DNA of 64,000 nucleotides from Curvularia clavata (Eukaryota): NCBI GenBank assembly GCA_023920165.1, contig CP089274.1, positions 2,728,001 to 2,792,000 of the forward strand, read 5' to 3'. Shown piece by piece: positions 61,530 to 64,000 of this stretch (position 1 is its first letter; each line of letters starts with the position of its first letter). The notes under the pieces were generated by a model. It saw only the letters and a program-made list of their open reading frames with translations, ran no database searches and was not told where the DNA came from. The position numbers and the translations under genes were made by a program.

Positions 61530-64000
61530 GATTGCGTTGTGTGATATTGGTTTTGCGAAGGAAAGCGCTGTATGCCTTCGGTGCTTTCTTTGTTGCAAGA
61601 GACGTTGGTTGAAGGCCTGAGCGTATTGGGTATGAGGGTATTTTGGAAGTGTGTAGTGCAAAAGGGTCCTGAAGACGTAAACTACGTCACACAGTCCTAA
61701 ACCACGGTTCAGCTGTCCGTTTGTGCCGAATGTGATGACTGGTGCCAGGAAAAAGATGTGTGATAGGATGAGCCCTGCAGCGCAGATTGTTTTTTTCGGA
61801 GACTTGATTGTCCTCGGAGGGTTCAATATGGTTGCAGGTATTTAGGCAACGTGGAATAACGGTGAAAGTGAGAGTTTATGCCGTTTGTCGCTGCCGCACT
61901 GTCCCCGCACAAACAATTGTGAATGTGACAAACGCAGTGAGACAATGTCCTCCCTTTATGCTGGTTTTCAACAATGCGCTCTAGTGTGTAGAGAAAAATA
62001 ACCGATACACAGGTGTCGCGCTCAGACGCGACGACCAGTGCTAACGACGTCGCCCAGCTTCTCGATCTTAGGTTGGTTGGAGTACCGGAAAGATGCCATG
62101 ATTGTGGGGGAGTAGCACATTCTTTGGTCCTGGGTGGATATGGCTGGAATGTTCGCGAGATCTCACGCGGGGTTTCGCCGTGCGTTTGCGAGGCGTCGGT
62201 ACCGAGGTGGGGGAGGGGCGGGCTGCGATAAGCGCGGAGCAGAGAGACCTCTGCTGTAGACGAGTCGAACAGGTGTTTACAGAGGGCGAGACTGGAGAGC
62301 GCGATAGGGATCGCGTCTTCAGTGTTTCAGGTGGGTAGTATGTCTGTGCAAAAGGAACAAAGGGCCGTCGCCGTTGGGTTCGGACGGTGCGGGCTGGGCT
62401 GTGCAGACCGTGCGTCATGCCTGACTCATTGGGAAACGGCTGTGCCCGCCTTGTGGCGATGCGGCCGATTCTGACGCACGTGATATGCATCATGTGATGC
62501 CACCATTTATATGCGCAATGCTATCACCATCACGCTCAGCCTCTCACAATCTCATGATGCCGAGTCTGACATCACCTCACCGCTGTTGCAGTGACGCGCT
62601 ACGGCCGTTAGATACCCTAATACCCAATCCCAATCTGGAGTCTAACGTAACAGTGGTTTCACTGTTGACGCTGTAAAACACTCAAAATTTGAAATATCTT
62701 TATTGTTACTTCGACGTCCAGTTCTCTAGATTATACCTCGATCCTCCGTGTCTGACAACCCAACTTTTTCGATGAGTACCTTGACCTTGTCTTTCCCGTA
62801 TCCGGCGGATTGCTTGGTCTTCTTCATCTGTGAAACACACTGCTTGCGGATATGCAGTACAGCCCGGTTTCAATCATTCCACCCAGAACCGGATATCATG
62901 CATTGCGCTGGGGCGATTTGTGGCTTGCCAAGTTGTGAAGAGGTCGAAGTATCAGTGTTTTGCGGTTGTGAGAAAAGAACGCTCAGAAGTCTAACAGTAG
63001 GTTCCCAATTAGCGTCTTGATCTTCTCAGTTACAATTTCAAGGTATAAATGCAAGCCTTGTGTCTTTCGCAGTTACGTGTATTGCTCTCATGCATTTTAT
63101 GCGCGATGCAAGGATCTGGCTCGGCAGTGAGCGGTGTATTTGTATCATCACAAACAGAATTTGGATGAATCAAACATGCGTGCTGGACTATACCTACAAG
63201 TGGCACCTATTTTCTAAGCGAGGTACAGAATGATTTTTGTTGTGACGGAACAAGAATCTTAGGTCTGGCTCTTGGATTCGAGAAGTCATTCGAGATACAA
63301 CCAAGTTCAAAGCTATTGACGCCTTTCTGATGGTGTCAGATTACCCCACAGCATGCCATATGCATCTCAGAGCAGCAAACCTAGCTCAATAATACTTTTT
63401 CATCTATCTTTGGATACAATGCGGACTTCAATTCTTGTAACGTTCAGCGACCTTCCGAGCACCGTCAGAAACTTCGCAGATCCTGCTTTGCCGACGCAAG
63501 TATCCGGTTCTGCTTCTCAAACACAAAAGCAGTCTCAAGGTTGTTTGACGTCTGCTTGTTTTTTTGCATTCGAGACATTATAAGCCAGGTAAGCGTGTCG
63601 CAGTTCGGCGCAATGCATGTCAGCAAGCTAAGGACAGACACATCAGTATACTCTCATCAACACCCTTTATCGAAATAAAAGACTTAGTGAACTAGCCAAG
63701 TAGCATGTCTCAAGTGCAATATTGGTTACCCCATCAACATGGCCCGAATCATATGCATATGCCATGAGACAATTTGCGCAATGTGTCGACAACGTCTTTG
63801 TGAGAAACTTGTTTACAGAATACACCACCATCGCGAATGGCAATACAACTCTAGGAAATTTCTTGCATCGGGCTTGTTGTGGTTAGTGGTCTCTCTCGGA
63901 GTATGGAAGGGGGGAAGCGAATGTTCTTTATTTTGCAGCATTTGCTGATCTTCATCAGTATCACCTCAGACAATCAGCCCTGACAGCTCCTTGACGATGC

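Noticed and set aside
61900..64000. Short ORFs at the right end
   Set aside because: No coherent exon chain or motif; treated as intergenic.
1..64000. CRISPR arrays, rRNA/tRNA genes, intact transposons
   Set aside because: None seen by eye; tRNAscan-SE or Infernal would be needed to exclude small RNAs.

Overview
Eukaryotic DNA from a filamentous ascomycete. Short GT-AG introns with CTAAC/CTGAC branch sites and the gene content look Dothideomycete/Pleosporales-like; the taxon is my inference. I can support about 26 protein-coding loci. Core genes (SLH1-type helicase, YKT6, ARP6, mitochondrial mL50-like, NCS1 and MFS transporters) are interspersed with accessory blocks. Two things stand out. 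(1) At 23.4-28.2 kb is a divergent pair homologous to the cordycepin/pentostatin genes Cns3 (P-loop kinase + SAICAR-synthetase-like + HisG fusion) and Cns2 (HD phosphohydrolase). There is no Cns1 or Cns4 in the window, Cns3 appears to have an internal deletion, and a CYP505 and an uncharacterised membrane protein flank the pair. (2) At 0.45-2.3 kb is a head-to-head pair of paralogues sharing one unnamed domain: one secreted with a 6-Cys C-terminal peptide after a KR site, the other cytosolic and lacking that peptide, a layout suggestive of a toxin/immunity or precursor/chaperone system. Also present: an NLR-like gene, a laccase, an FAD monooxygenase, a Zn2Cys6/MFS/SRPBCC module, a probable LINE relic and a possibly RIP-damaged Cys-rich secreted gene. 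Exon boundaries were read by eye. Family assignments come from motif recognition and recall, not database searches.
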